A stretch of DNA of 64,000 bases from Macrostomum hystrix (lineage: Eukaryota > Animalia > Platyhelminthes), in assembly GCA_950097015.1 (NCBI GenBank), contig CATNEN010000001.1, positions 14,880,001 to 14,944,000 on the forward strand, given 5' to 3'. The notes beneath the pieces are model-generated. The model did not search any database, was not told the origin of the DNA, and was given only the letters and a program-made list of their open reading frames with translations. Numbering within the stretch: the stretch's first letter is position 1; each line of letters starts with the position of its first letter. Both the position numbers and the translations under genes were made by a program. This document shows, piece by piece, positions 33,112-46,219 of this stretch.

Positions 33112-36100
33112 CGTTAATGGCAACCGCCGACCTGGAGCCGCCTCCAAAGTATCCAGTATCGACCGCGGCAGCCACAGCGGCCGTAGCTGCGGCCACGTCG
33201 GCCGTGGCTGCTGATTTTGAATTGGAATGCCCAGCCAGTAGGACGGTGAGAAACTACCTGCACTCTCTCGAGAGCGACGGCCTCCTCATGGAGCAGTCGC
33301 CTCAGGCTCCGATTCCCCTGTCCAATTCTTCTTCTATCAAGCAGCAGCAGCAGCAGCAGCAGCAGGCGTTTGACAGTGGAGACTATGATCAGCCCCAACT
33401 GCTCATGATGCCACAGCAGCACCGTCCGTTTCCAATTTCCACCACGCTAGAACCAGACGAATGCTATTGTCAGCGACAGTTTGAAGAGGATAAAATGCCG
33501 ATAGAGCAGCAGCAGCAGCAGCGGCAGCGGTATCATCTGGCGCATCAGCAGCATCATATTTATGACAATTTGCCCCAGCCAGACATTCTCATTGCTAGCG
33601 GGGTTGGCGGCAAGAATGTGACCTGCAGCACTCCGGACTTGCATCACCTGCTGAGCGTGTTGGATAAGGTACTGGGAATTACTTGTCTAATTATCAACTT
33701 ATGGATCATTGAAGGTTATTATGATAATGAGATTAGTAATTAGTTTATTGGTCATGAAGTTTCTTACATCAATTTATGGGTCATGGTTTATGACCAACTT
33801 TCAGGTCATTGAAATCGTAATAATTGACCAATGGTTTATTTCATGCTTCGTTTTTACCTAGTGGATTAGAGCGTCGGAACTCACAATTCGAAGGTCGGGG
33901 GTTCGATTCCCTACTCCAATAGTAAAGTTTGTGTTTTTAGCTAGACACTTTACATTGCTTCAGTTCCGACAGCTTTTAAATGGGAACCACCATCAGCTGG
34001 GGGCTATGCTGTCGGCTGCAGATGTGTGGCTGGTGGCAACCACCATCAGCTGGGGGGGGGTAATTAAGGTTGTGCTGTCGGCTGCAGATGTGGCTGGTGA
34101 AATCTGTCGTTATTGTTGAATATCGCAACCAACTTTCCATTCCAACTTGCAGAGCGAAACTCAGCTGGCTCATCGTCTGGTTCGCGACTTTCAGCTGACT
34201 TCGGCGGCAGCCGCAGCGGCAGCGGCCGCAACATCTTCGTCAGTGGCCGGCAAAAGTCATCACCACAGTACGCCTAATTTGCACAATCCTTCGCCGAACT
34301 CTCCGGCACCTCAACCGGTGAAGATGGCGACGCCGATCTCGCCGTCGGATGATTCAGCAGCCGCCTATTGCTACGAGAATCTTCGCCGGCCATTGTCGAA
34401 TCGTTTGCCAGCCAAGCCGCCCGCAGCTTTGGCCCTGACGGCATCCAACAGTCTGAACAATGGCAGGCCAGCAACTGGCAAAGTACTCCACCAGGCTGTG
34501 CCGTACAGTCCCGCTGCTCAGTTGAGAAGGCCGTCCGAGTCTTTGTCCTGCTCTTCGTCTAGTTCATCTTCGTCTTCATCGACGAATGGTTCTAGATCGA
34601 GATCGGCTGAGTCGGCCTCCTATCCGTTGGCCACGGCGGCTACAATTGAAGGCTTGGCCGATGCGGCCGCGGTTGAAGCCGATGCTCGATCGATTGGCAC
34701 CGAGTCGTTTCACAGCGAACAGGCTGGCGGCTTTGCCGCAGCCGGTGCTGGCTACGGTCTGGCTGACTCGGACGATGAAGCGTCCTCCGAAGGTGCCTGT
34801 TCGATGGGCGAAGTGCCAGTTAATAGTTCGGTGAGCTCAACAGGTCTCATTTGTTAGCCTGTATTCGAGCTGGTAAACAATAATGCAATTCTGTTTTGTG
34901 TTGCCTTTTGCAGCTGATCCTGAAGCCTTCGCTCACAGTCAGCACCGCCAATTTGCTGTGGGAGCAGAGCGAGCTGTCCATCAGCTACATGCCGAGGGAT
35001 GAGCGCGTAAGTGCCCATAAGTGAATCCCCATTGAAATCAAATCCTCACATGTTGAATCCCCAAGGAAATCAAATCCTCACATGTTGAATCCCCAAGGAA
35101 ATCAAATCCTCACATGTTGAATCCCCAAGGAAATCAAATCCTCACATGTTGAATCCCCAAGGAAATCAAATCCTCACATGTTGAATCCCCAAGGAAATCA
35201 AATCCTCACATGTTGAATCCCCAAGGAAATCAAATCCTCACATTTTGCATCCCCATAGAAATCAAATCCTCACATGTTGAATCCCCAAGGAAATCAAATC
35301 CTCACATTTTGCATCCCCAAGGAAATCAAATCCTCACATGTTGAATCCCCAAGGAAATCAAATCCTCACATTTTGCATCCCCATAGAAATCAAATCCTCA
35401 CATTTTGCATCCCCGTAGAAATCAAATCCTCACATGTTGAATCCCCAAGGAAATCAAATCCTCACATTTTGCATCCCCATAGAAATCAAATCCTCACATT
35501 TTTAATCCCTATCGAAATCAAATCCTCACATTTTGCATCCCCGTAGAAATCAAATCCTCACATGTTGAATCCCCATAGAAATCAAATCCTCACATTTTGC
35601 ATCCCCATAGAAATCAAATCCTCACATTTTGCATCCCCATAGAAATCAAATCCTCACATTTTGCATCCCCATAGAAATCAAATCCTCACATTTTGCATCC
35701 CCATAGAAATCAAATCCTCACATTTTGCATCCCCATAGAAATCAAATCCTCACATTTTGCATCCCCATAGAAATCAAATCCTCACATGTTGAATCCCCAA
35801 GGAAATCAAATCCTCACATTTTGCATCCCCATAGAAATCAAATCCTCACATGTTGAATCCCCAAGGAAATCAAATCCTCACATTTTGCATCCCCATAGAA
35901 ATCAAATCCTCACATGTTGAATCCCCATAGAAATCAAATCCTCACATGTTGAATCCCCAAGGAAATCAAATCCTCACATTTTGCATCCCCATAGAAATCA
36001 AATCCTCACATGTTGAATCCCCATTGAAATCAAATCCTCACATGTTGAATCCCCAAGGAAATCAAATCCTCACATGTTGAATCCCCAAGGAAATCAAATC

Positions 36101-38972
36101 CTCACATGTTGAATCCCCAAGGAAATCAAATCCTCACATGTTGAATCCCCAAGGAAATCAAATCCTCACATGTTGAATCCCCAAGGAAATCAAATCCTCA
36201 CATGTTGAATCCCCAAGGAAATCAAATCCTCACATTTTGCATCCCCATAGAAATCAAATCCTCACATGTTGAATCCCCAAGGAAATCAAATCCTCACATT
36301 TTGCATCCCCAAGGAAATCAAATCCTCACATGTTGAATCCCCAAGGAAATCAAATCCTCACATTTTGCATCCCCATAGAAATCAAATCCTCACATTTTGC
36401 ATCCCCGTAGAAATCAAATCCTCACATGTTGAATCCCCAAGGAAATCAAATCCTCACATTTTGCATCCCCATAGAAATCAAATCCTCACATTTTTAATCC
36501 CTATCGAAATCAAATCCTCACATTTTGCATCCCCGTAGAAATCAAATCCTCACATGTTGAATCCCCATAGAAATCAAATCCTCACATTTTGCATCCCCAT
36601 AGAAATCAAATCCTCACATTTTGCATCCCCATAGAAATCAAATCCTCACATTTTGCATCCCCATAGAAATCAAATCCTCACATTTTGCATCCCCATAGAA
36701 ATCAAATCCTCACATTTTGCATCCCCATAGAAATCAAATCCTCACATTTTGCATCCCCATAGAAATCAAATCCTCACATGTTGAATCCCCAAGGAAATCA
36801 AATCCTCACATTTTGCATCCCCATAGAAATCAAATCCTCACATGTTGAATCCCCAAGGAAATCAAATCCTCACATTTTGCATCCCCATAGAAATCAAATC
36901 CTCACATGTTGAATCCCCATAGAAATCAAATCCTCACATGTTGAATCCCCATAGAAATCAAATCCTCACATGTTGAATCCCCAAGGAAATCAAATCCTCA
37001 CATTTTGCATCCCCATAGAAATCAAATCCTCACATTTTGCATCCCCATAGAAATCAAATCCTCACATTTTGCATCCCCATAGAAATCAAATCCTCACATT
37101 TTGCATCCCCATAGAAATTAAATCCTCACATTTTGCATCCCCGTAGAAATCAAATCCTCACATTTTGCATCCCCATAGAAATCAAATCCTCACATTTTGC
37201 ATCCCCATAGAAATCAAATCCTCACATTTTGCATCCCATGGAAATCAAATCCTCACATGTTGAATCCCCATTGAAATCAAATCCTCACATGTTGAATCCC
37301 CATTGAAATCAAATCCTCACATTCAAAATCCCATAGAACTAGATTCCTCGCATTCGAAGTCCCTACAAAGCCAAATCCTCTCACTTGAAATCCCATAATG
37401 CAGCGCCAGCAGCTGGAGGACCATCGCTCCACGGTGGACTTGTCTGTCGAATTCGACCAGATTCAAACGCGCTGCAGCCGGGCCCAGTGCCTAGTTGCTA
37501 AGCGACCCCACAATTCTGTGCGCAATCGTTGCCAAGACGCCGTGCCCTACGATCACAATCGATTCGCATTGTCTGGCACGGCCGACAACCCGGACGGTTA
37601 CTACAACGCCTCCCAGGTCGAGGTGTCGACGAACCTCGGCTCGGACGCGCCTCTGTTCATCGCCGCCGAGTCGCCCCGGCCGGACACTCGCGCCGACTTC
37701 TGGCGCCTAACCTGGGAATCCGGCGCCAGAATCATTGCTCAACTGTGCTCAACCGGCGACACGGCTCGCTATTTTCCTATGCCTGGCGGCGAGAAAAAAA
37801 CTGGCGAGAAGCTGGTCTGCGACGGAGCCTACGAGGTCCAGTTGGTGAATGCCACGACCTCGCCGGATACGGATTATTCCATTGCCACCCTGGCTGTGAA
37901 GGAATTGGCCACTGGACGAAGCCGTACAGTATGGCTGTTTGTCTATCCTATGTGGACAGCATCTATGGTGCCAACCAGCGCGGCACAGTTTCTTAGTGAG
38001 TGTCTTTGATTTTGTGTACTTTTGCGCTAAAAAATCTGCCGATAATAGTTGAAGTAGGTTCCCGGAATTTTAATTAGAAGTCATAATTCATAAAAATCGA
38101 TCCTGTCTTTCAAAATATCGAAAAAATGCTTGCGGCAGTAGCAAAACCTCGAATCGTTTTTGACGTTTTTATTTTATGGAAGACAGAATTACCTATTTCT
38201 GTTTAGAGAATCTAAACTTTTAGGATTCCGTTTTTTGATTCTGCCTGTGGGAAACCCAGATTCTATTTTTAGAACATCTTGGGGAAGGCTAAACCTAGGT
38301 TCTATTATTAGAACCTGTTATGGAAAGCACAGATTCTATGATTCTATTTTTAGAATCTGTTTTGTAAACCCTGGAGTCTACTTTTAAAACCTTTTCCGGA
38401 AGGGAAGTCCCAAATTATATTATTAGAAACTGTTAGGGAAAGCCCAGATTCTATTTGAGAACATGCTAGGAAGGGAAATCCCTGATTCTATTTTTAGAAT
38501 CTGTTTTGTAAACCCTAGAGTCTACTCTTCGAACCTTTTCCGGAAGTCCCAAGTCCCAAGTCCCAAATTATATTATTAGAACCTGTTAGGGAAAGCCCAG
38601 ATTCTACAACTATTTTAGAACATAATCCCAGAATATATATTTCGAATTTGTCTATAACTTCCATTTCCACCCGAACTCTTTCCCGCAGTGTTCCTAGACG
38701 AAGTTGATTCGCTCCGCCGTCTGCTGCAGTCTGAGGAGTCTGGTCACAGACAGACGGTGCTAATGCACTGTCCAGACGGCTCTGGTCGCACCGGATTGGC
38801 CATCTGCCTGATGGTGTACAAGGCCTGCTTGCAGCACAACCAATCAGTGAGTTTGCCAACAGTTCTGTGCTCACTTCGCGGCCAGAGGATGAGTCTGGTG
38901 CAGTCGCTGCAGCAGTACGAGTTTGTGTACGATGCGCTCATCAAATCCTTGGACTCTACTAGGCTAATTTAG
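30437..38972 (+). CDS. FERM-domain protein tyrosine phosphatase, PTPN14/PTPN21 (Pez)-like, with a degenerate PTP domain
   Basis: Seven in-frame GT-AG exons: 30437-30780, 31628-31961, 32403-33668, 34153-34830, 34914-35006, 37404-37995, 38689-38972. N-terminal FERM (YFGLQY..RWINLVKPVKRQL; ELYYLQLR). Linker with SYRKASDY, PPPKY, STPDL and poly-Q. C-terminal PTP (YYNAS, DFWRLTWE, HCPDGSGRTG, QRMSLVQSLQQYEFVY). Confidence 0.92.
30802..31570. repeat. Intronic 34 bp minisatellite (tctgtcagatcctcagattggtcagatacaccat) grading into a 20 bp unit (tctgtcagatccccagatta)
   Basis: Fills Pez intron 1. Confidence 0.96.
31990..32330. repeat. Intronic 22 bp minisatellite (ttcaggtagcatttcagRtacc)
   Basis: Fills most of Pez intron 2. 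Confidence 0.95.
33857..34100 (+). mobile_element. tRNA-derived SINE, family A (CORE-like body)
   Basis: A-box-like tagtggattagagcg and B-box GGTTCGATTCC (~33900). Body cattgcttcagttc..cagct..taaatggg..catcagctggg..gctgtcggctgca is shared with the 54130-54450 copy. Confidence 0.75.
35023..37330. repeat. Intronic 32 bp minisatellite (gaaatcaaatcctcacatKttgMatccccaWR), ~72 copies, with a 992 bp higher-order duplication
   Basis: Fills Pez intron 5. Rare variant units recur exactly 992 bp apart. Confidence 0.97.
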
Positions 38973-40611
38973 TCTGATTGAGTTATTATTTACCTGAACA
39001 TTTTCACTTTTTTGTTATCGTGCGCGTTTCCTACTACTAGTTAGCGGCGAATTCGTCAGTAGTGTATTATTTTACCTAAATATTTATTTGTCACTCATCT
39101 GCGTGTCTTTCCTATTTTTTCTGTTCAATCAAGTTTTCGTGTTTCTACCGGACAATCTTGAAAGCTAACACAATTTGTGTACTTGTCCGTAGGTATAACC
39201 TTATATACTAATTAAAACTTGTATCTTTTTACTTAGTTTTCGAAACATATCGGCCGTATCGGTTTTTTTCTGAGTAATTTTAGCGGCTTAACGGCCTAAT
39301 CTGCGCCTTAAAGGATTTTCGCTTTACCAAGTTTCAATTGTGATTCATAAAGTTTTTAAACGATGCTTTCACCTGCTTTAAGTACGTGTAATAATGTACA
39401 TTTGTTAATATGGCAACTATTGACACCTTTGCATCGCTGCACTTGTAAAACTTGCCGAGTTTTAATTAATTACTTTAATTCATTTCTCACTAGATTTCGG
39501 CATTTAAACTTGTTCTCTTCTGCTTATTTCAGCTTTTTTTTCGCTTTCGCACTAAAGTTTCTCACCCACTTATGTAAACTACTTGTCGAAATTTTCGCAA
39601 GTAGTATGATTAGCAAAACTTTGTATAAGTTTTTTAGGATTTTGTTTAATTTCGAAACAAGAGCTCAAGAGAAATTCTAATGAGCAGCAATTCGTTGTAC
39701 ATAGGTTTTTTGTATATTCTAGTGCATAGCAACTGCTATCCTAATGTTGAATAGGCCCTCTTTAGCTTATAAATTTGCTCATTTTTGTCTTCGTTTAAAA
39801 TTTCAATCGGAGAACCAAAATTTAATCTCAAATTTCTTTACAGAAGTTGCACATCAAGATTCAGATTTAGCTGCATTATACTACTTGCAGTAGATGGGTT
39901 CTGTGGAATATTAATTTCGTTTATTGGCTTCAGTTGTTTAACTATATTATTTAGTCAAAGCTCCTTACCAAATATAGCTTTATTGTTTTTTTTATTTGTT
40001 GTTTCTTTATCAAATGCAACTATTTATTATCTTCTTTTAAGCTGCTTGAGTCCTCTCTGTGGAGAATTTGTTTATTTATTTTGTTGTTTTACCAATTTTA
40101 GAAATTTGGTAATAAATTCATCACACGAAGTCGCTCGCACCTGCTAGTGCTTTTTAATTATGCACACAAAAAACTATTTGGTTTAATCAATTAGCAAGCA
40201 CTCATTTCGGAATAGGCCTCAATAAAGATTTATTTGCTCTTTAAATCTGTCATTTATTTCAGCCTTTATCTGTTGCTTTTTAGTTGCTTACAGACTACTG
40301 ATGCAGTAGCTAGATGCGTGTATAATATTTAATACTTTAAAAGAAGAATGTTCTACTTTTTTGTCACGTATCAGAAGTATCAGAATAATTATAATTGCCC
40401 TTTGTTAGCCCGGCTAATGCTGCTGCTACATCTGTGAAAAGTTGTGATTTACTCATTGTCACGGCACAATTTTAAATGCGTTCTTAATTTCTGTGTTCCG
40501 CATTACTTATTATACAAAGTATTTACAGACACTTAATATACGACAAAAAACATTACAAGTTCTGGGCCATTTAGATCACTATAATATTATTATTCCCATG
40601 ATGACCGGGAG

Positions 40612-40655
40612 CACGGATATTTGCCCTGACTTTCTCATCGTCAGGCAGAGTACGT
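40612..40655 (-). mobile_element. Short SINE family B fragment
   Basis: tgccctgactttctcatcgtcaggcagagtac is the reverse complement of the family's hairpin core. Confidence 0.6.
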
Positions 40656-42777
40656 ATCGTACACATAGCTTAAATTCATTAAGGCAACAAGTACAATACA
40701 CAGTAAAACATTTCCAATAGTAAAACAAAAGCAGTACACTGACTTTTTTATTATTATAATAATCATTATTAAATCATTTTGTTAATCCTGAGGACACAAC
40801 TACAGGAGACGAACACGGGACCTACTTTTTAATAAATTATTGTATTTTTATAAAGTTGGTTTTATGAAGCATGTTTTGGTTTAGGCAGTGCAAGACGGGG
40901 ATTAACATGACACACGCAGACGGGGTCTTGGGAGTGATGCGTTTTGATTTCAGATTTTTTCTCAAACTTGTCTTGCGATTTTAAATCAGTGAGAGCTACT
41001 AGGGATAAAAATCAATGCGAGAGTTGATAGCGACAATGTTAGATGTTAGACTGTGCGTGCTGCGGCACATTACTCAAGAGCTGCTTTTGTGAACAAAGAA
41101 AAAAATTTGCAAAACAATTACAAGATAACAAAAGGAAACTTAACTTGCTATAATGGTCACGCTTACTGAAAAACACCAAATAGAAATAAAACTGCTACTT
41201 AAAATATGTGGTGCTCTGTTGCTCCAAGTTAAATATGAACAAAAATGTTTGATAATATTTGAACACATACATAATATACTACTGAAACAAAACATGAACA
41301 ACAGAAAACTTAGACACGTTACTGCCTCACAGCCTGACACCGACCATTTTTATTCGTAAAATAAATAAACAACACATCACACTACGCAAACAGAAATTGA
41401 AACAAAACAGAAAAATTATCGAATTCTATATACAGATATCTAAGAGGGGAGAATTGCTGGATAAAACAAAGCGAAATACACCGCGGTAGAAATTAAAGCA
41501 AGCAATTAAAAATATGCGGCACCGAAGAATAATGAATTGCTGATGGGTGAAACAAACAAAAGCATTTTTGTAGCAACGACATTGTTAAATGTAATGTGGC
41601 GATCCTAAAAGGGCCGTTTTTCATTTAAAAGTATCTAATAACAGATTGCTGATTAAAACAAAGCGTATTACACGAGTGATTAAAAAATAACAGCGACACG
41701 GAACGATTCTTTGCAGGCAAAACAAACTGAAGATTTTTCTTCTAGCAATGAAATTGTTGGTCAAAACGGCCCTAAAAAGGGCCGTTTTTACTTTACTGAA
41801 AACAAAAAAGACCTATGTAGAAGAAGGGAGACAGAAGCAAAAACTAATTAAATTATTATTTAAGATCAGCACACAAAGCGTTTTTAAGCAGAGTGACTTT
41901 TCACGAACGACAATTAAGTAACAAGAGGTATCAAAACATAAAACAGAAAAATATAAATTACCACAACATAACTATTTTCGGTTTAAATGAACACTTCATA
42001 TATATAAAAAGTAAACAACAGCGACATGTGTGTACTAAATTTTTTGTATCTAATGCTAAATTTGTACTCGAATAGTACTTTTTAACGACAGTAATATATA
42101 ATGCGCCTTTTAACACTCCTGAAGAACATAAAAATCTGACAGACTGAAGGATACAAAAAAAGAATTAGAAAATCACAAATTATAGTTTTATTAAATAAAG
42201 ACGAGAGAAAAAGCCATTATGGCAGCGAGGTTCATCAAATAAAACCCAGGTCATCATATTTGTCAACTTACTTCCAAATTATATAGTTAGCCTAGAATAT
42301 TGATAATTAGCGTCCCTAGCTTCCATAATAACACCATTCTTAGCAACAAGGTATTCACGTTTTCATTTAATCTTAAAAACGTTCCTAGAAATTGAGTGGC
42401 TTAACCTACAATCAGAATTAAGTCGTTAGTACCATGCTAGTAAGACCTACGATTAGAATAGCGTCCTTAGCAACAGAGTAGTGAAAACTCAGATAAGAAT
42501 AGCGTCCTTAGCAACAGAGTAGTGAAAACTCAGATGAGAATAGCGTCCTTAGCAAGAGCGTTGTTAAACCTTTAAGCGGAATAGCTTCCTTAGCAACTAG
42601 ATATACCTTAGCAACGGGTAAATACACATCAAGTACGGAAAGCGTCCTTAGCAACAAGATCATACGACACAAATGGCTTGTAAAGACAAAGCCAGCTATT
42701 CGCAATCCATTTAGTCTGCAAACTGGACACTTGACTTTCACAGAGTTCCTAGCAACACCGATCAGTCGGAAAATGAT

Positions 42778-45064
42778 TCACTCCCTAGCAACCAAAATGA
42801 CGGAGCCGTCCAGGCCGTGCTGCAGTCGGTGCATCCTGGGATCTAGCGGCCGATTCTCGGCGTCCCTTAGCCGGCCGAAGGCGGTCAGGTAGAGCTGCAT
42901 GTACTTGTCACGCAGCCGGCGCTCTTCAGCCTGGGCGGCCTCCATCTGGGCGCCCAGCCGGGCGGTTCGCTGATTCAATTCGGCCAGCTCTTCGCGCACT
43001 CGCCCAACTCTGTCTGATTTCTTCTGGCGACACTTAGAAGCGGCCAGCCGATTTTTGCCGCGCTTTCGGACCTCCTGCAGAACGGCCTGCTGGCGCCTGT
43101 TGTAGCATTGCAGCAGGGCCAGAAATTTCTGATGACTGCAGGTCACGACTTCGTTGTAGGCGAGTTTAACGCCGGCGGCCAGTAGCCTGGCCGGGTCTTT
43201 GTTCCTGTACATCGCCGATCGCATGTCTCGACTTCCGTCATCGTCGTCGTCATCGTCATCGTCGAAAAAGTCGTCCTCTAGATCGACGTCGTTTGTTAGG
43301 GGCAACTGCGGTGACTCGGCCAGGTAGATGGCCGACTTGCCGACGCTGCCATCGTCGCTTAGAAACCGTTGCCAAGGGGCTGGCGAAGCTGCAGAATTGA
43401 AGTCGGCCTCATCTTCTGGGGCGTCGGCGGCCGAGGCGGCGTACGTGTGATTGTGCAGCACCGCGCGAAGAGCCACCTGGGGCAGGGATTCGGGTTACTA
43501 ATCTTAGGATTCAGTTCACTAATCTTAGGATTCAGGTCACTAATCTTAGGATTCAGTTCACTAATTTTAGGATTCGGCTCACTAATTTTAGGATTCGGCT
43601 CACTAATTTTAGGATTCGGCTCACTAATCTTGGGATTCAGGTCACTAATCTTGGGATTCAGGTCACTAATCTTGGGATTCAGGTCACTAATCTTGGGATT
43701 CAGGTCACTAATCTTGGGATTCAGATCACTAATCTTTGGGATTCAACCAAGATTACCAACTCGACGATTCTAACACTAATTCGTGGATTATGATTCAGGA
43801 CATTAATCAAAATATTAGGATAATCTGGCGGTTAAATCAAGATTAGTAAACAGTCTTACAAACTTACACACTCCTCAGTCTTGGCATCCCCATTGTCAAC
43901 CATTTCAATGCCGTTAGCGCCAGCTTCAGTGATGTCGGCATCATTGGTGCTGACGGCCGCAACGGCAGCCGCGGCTCCAGCGGGCTCATTCAGCAGTCCC
44001 AGAAAACTATCCGGATCGAAGTCGTCCAACTGATCAAGCACACCAGGTGGGAAGAGTTGGTCTAATTCAGCGTTGATCTGCATCTCGGACTCGCTCAGAT
44101 GCTCGTCACCAGCTGAGCTGCTGCTGCTGCCGTTGACCTGACCGCCGAAGCTCCACCAGGAATCGCCTGGCGGGCTTCGACTGCCGTCGCTGCTGGCTCC
44201 GCTGCGTCCGGCAGCCGACATAGTCGACGGTGGCTTCGGTAGGACTGATAAGCCGCCGCCGCCGCCTAGCATGAGATCCTTCGAGTCCGACTGCTGATAG
44301 AAAGCCAAAGCTACGGCGTCTTGATCGTTCCACATGGCGTTAGCGGCTGCTGCGCCCGCTGGCGGCTGGTTGAACACGATGGTGGTTGGATAGGCCGATC
44401 TGGCCTGACCAGTCAGAGCCAGCGGATTAGCGGCCAGCCAATCAGAGATGCGATCGGCTTTGGTGCCGCCGAAGACGCCGCTGTCTAGCAAGTCGAAGCC
44501 GAAGCCGCCCAGGCTAACGGGAGCTGGCATGAGTTTGTGCACCGGTGCCGGCTCGAAGAATGCCAAACTGCCAGCATCTGCGGCCTGCGGAGAAGCCACC
44601 GTCAGCTCGTCCCAAGGCGCCTGACGCGTCAGCGATAGAATGACGGCCAGCGACAGGACGAGAAGCTCTTTACCGTTGCCACCGCCGGCGCCTGACTGTT
44701 CGGCGACAGCTTCGGTATTGTTGATATTATTCACAATCTCCATAGCAACCGGACTTGACGCTTCTTCATTCTTAACGCCGTATAGTCGATGACCGATTAG
44801 TGAAGAAGCGGACTGCTTCGGACTGCTCAAGGGGGCGCAAGGCCTACGGCGCTTCCTTGACTGCTGCTGCTGATGCTGCTGCTGGAGACTGATGGTAGAA
44901 GCATAAATACGATTCCTATGACCAGATGGTGAAGCAGGGGCACTAGTTGGATTCGCTGCTGCTGATGCTGCTGATGATGAAGAAGAATAATTAGGAGTGG
45001 CCACAGACTGCATCAAGCTGGTTGATTGCTGGCGCAATAGCGCCTGGGTACTTGCCAACGGTGG
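42778..45064 (-). CDS. CNC-family bZIP transcription factor (Nrf1/CncC-like)
   Basis: Exons 45064-43868 and 43476-42778 (GT-AG, phase 0). HNHTY motif; basic region VRKRGKNRLAASKCRQKK plus zipper; hydrophobic ELLVLSLAVILSL resembling the NHB1 anchor. Start codon uncertain. Confidence 0.88.
43486..43745. repeat. Intronic 21 bp minisatellite (ggattcaggtcactaatcttg)
   Basis: About 12 copies running up to the acceptor of the last CNC exon. Confidence 0.93.
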
Positions 45065-45575
45065 CTGAAAATCATGATTGAATAGTTGGTTTCTTTTTTA
45101 TAATTTGACATAAGAAAATGCAAGCATTGACTTCTAAAGATTATTACCAACTATGATATAAATCAAAATAGAATAACAGATGGGTACATACAATGCAACT
45201 TAGCAAAAGTAAAGTCTTGTTTACTTGACTTTTTTAACAATTGATTTACTTTTCTGGATTTAGCTAGGGCCTAAAGTCTGCTTGGATAGGCATGTAAATA
45301 AAATATGTGAATCTGATGTCAAAATGAGTTGAAGTTGTAGGGGGGATTGGTTGAAAAGTGAGGAATACAAATAGAATATTAAAAAATTTAAATAAATTCT
45401 TTTAAAGAATTACGAGAACTAGGCCTACATAAAAAAGATATAATTACTCACTGTTAAAACCTTTCTTGAGCCATATATTATTTTATAATCTGCAATAGCC
45501 ATAAAAAATTAGGAGCAAGAATAATCTATAAAAAATAAAATACTAGGGCCTACTAGAAAAACACCAATTTGACTA

Positions 45576-46219
45576 GGGTAATGTATCATCAACCGAACAA
45601 GAATATGCATTTTTTAAACTTCAAACCTAAGCTACAGATTATCTATTTAAGATATCATGATAAATCAAAAGCCAAGTTATAGAAAACTGTTTCATGTCTT
45701 TCTAAATAGTATCTGCTTTTGCAATTTTGTCAAATAGAAAAAAGTTGTTCACATTTTCATCTAAAACCGAACAATGATTTTCATGTATCTTCAAACCAAA
45801 CAGAGAATTTGATGTTTGGTTTTAAAAATTTGAGTGAGTGGTTTAATCTTATTTTAAGGAGTGATCTATCATGAATTATGTCATTTGAAAGCATTTTTTA
45901 TGCTCTATAAATAACTACATTTATGGTAATTTAATTGGAAAGCAACCACATACAATCTTAGTCTAAAGTACATGCTGAAAAAATGCTGTAAAAAAGTATG
46001 CCTTTGTGATAAAAATTTCTACTGAAACATCCATATCTTTCTTTCCTTTTAATGCTTCATTGCATGTCATGCATTAGCTTGTAAATAATTTCATTGACAT
46101 TTAAAATAGTTGTTCTGTGAAATACAATAGCTTGTTTCTGTCTTGCACAAGACCAAGGAAGGAGTCAAAATTATTGTTCGGTTTTGAAGATACACTGTTC
46201 GGTTGATGATACATTACCC
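45576..46219. mobile_element. MITE with ~24 bp TIR and TA target duplication
   Basis: ta|GGGTAATGTATCATCAACCGAACA ... TGTTCGGTTGATGATACATTACCC|ta. The flanks reconstruct a palindromic target gacTAgtc. Confidence 0.85.

Noticed and set aside
33857-33925. tRNA gene
   Set aside because: Has A/B-box-like motifs but no acceptor stem, and continues into a body shared with another SINE copy.
3268-37330. Apparent excess of periods that are multiples of 8 (16, 24, 32 x4, 48)
   Set aside because: As many arrays have other periods (20, 21, 22, 23, 28, 28, 30, 33, 34); the sample is too small to support a rule.
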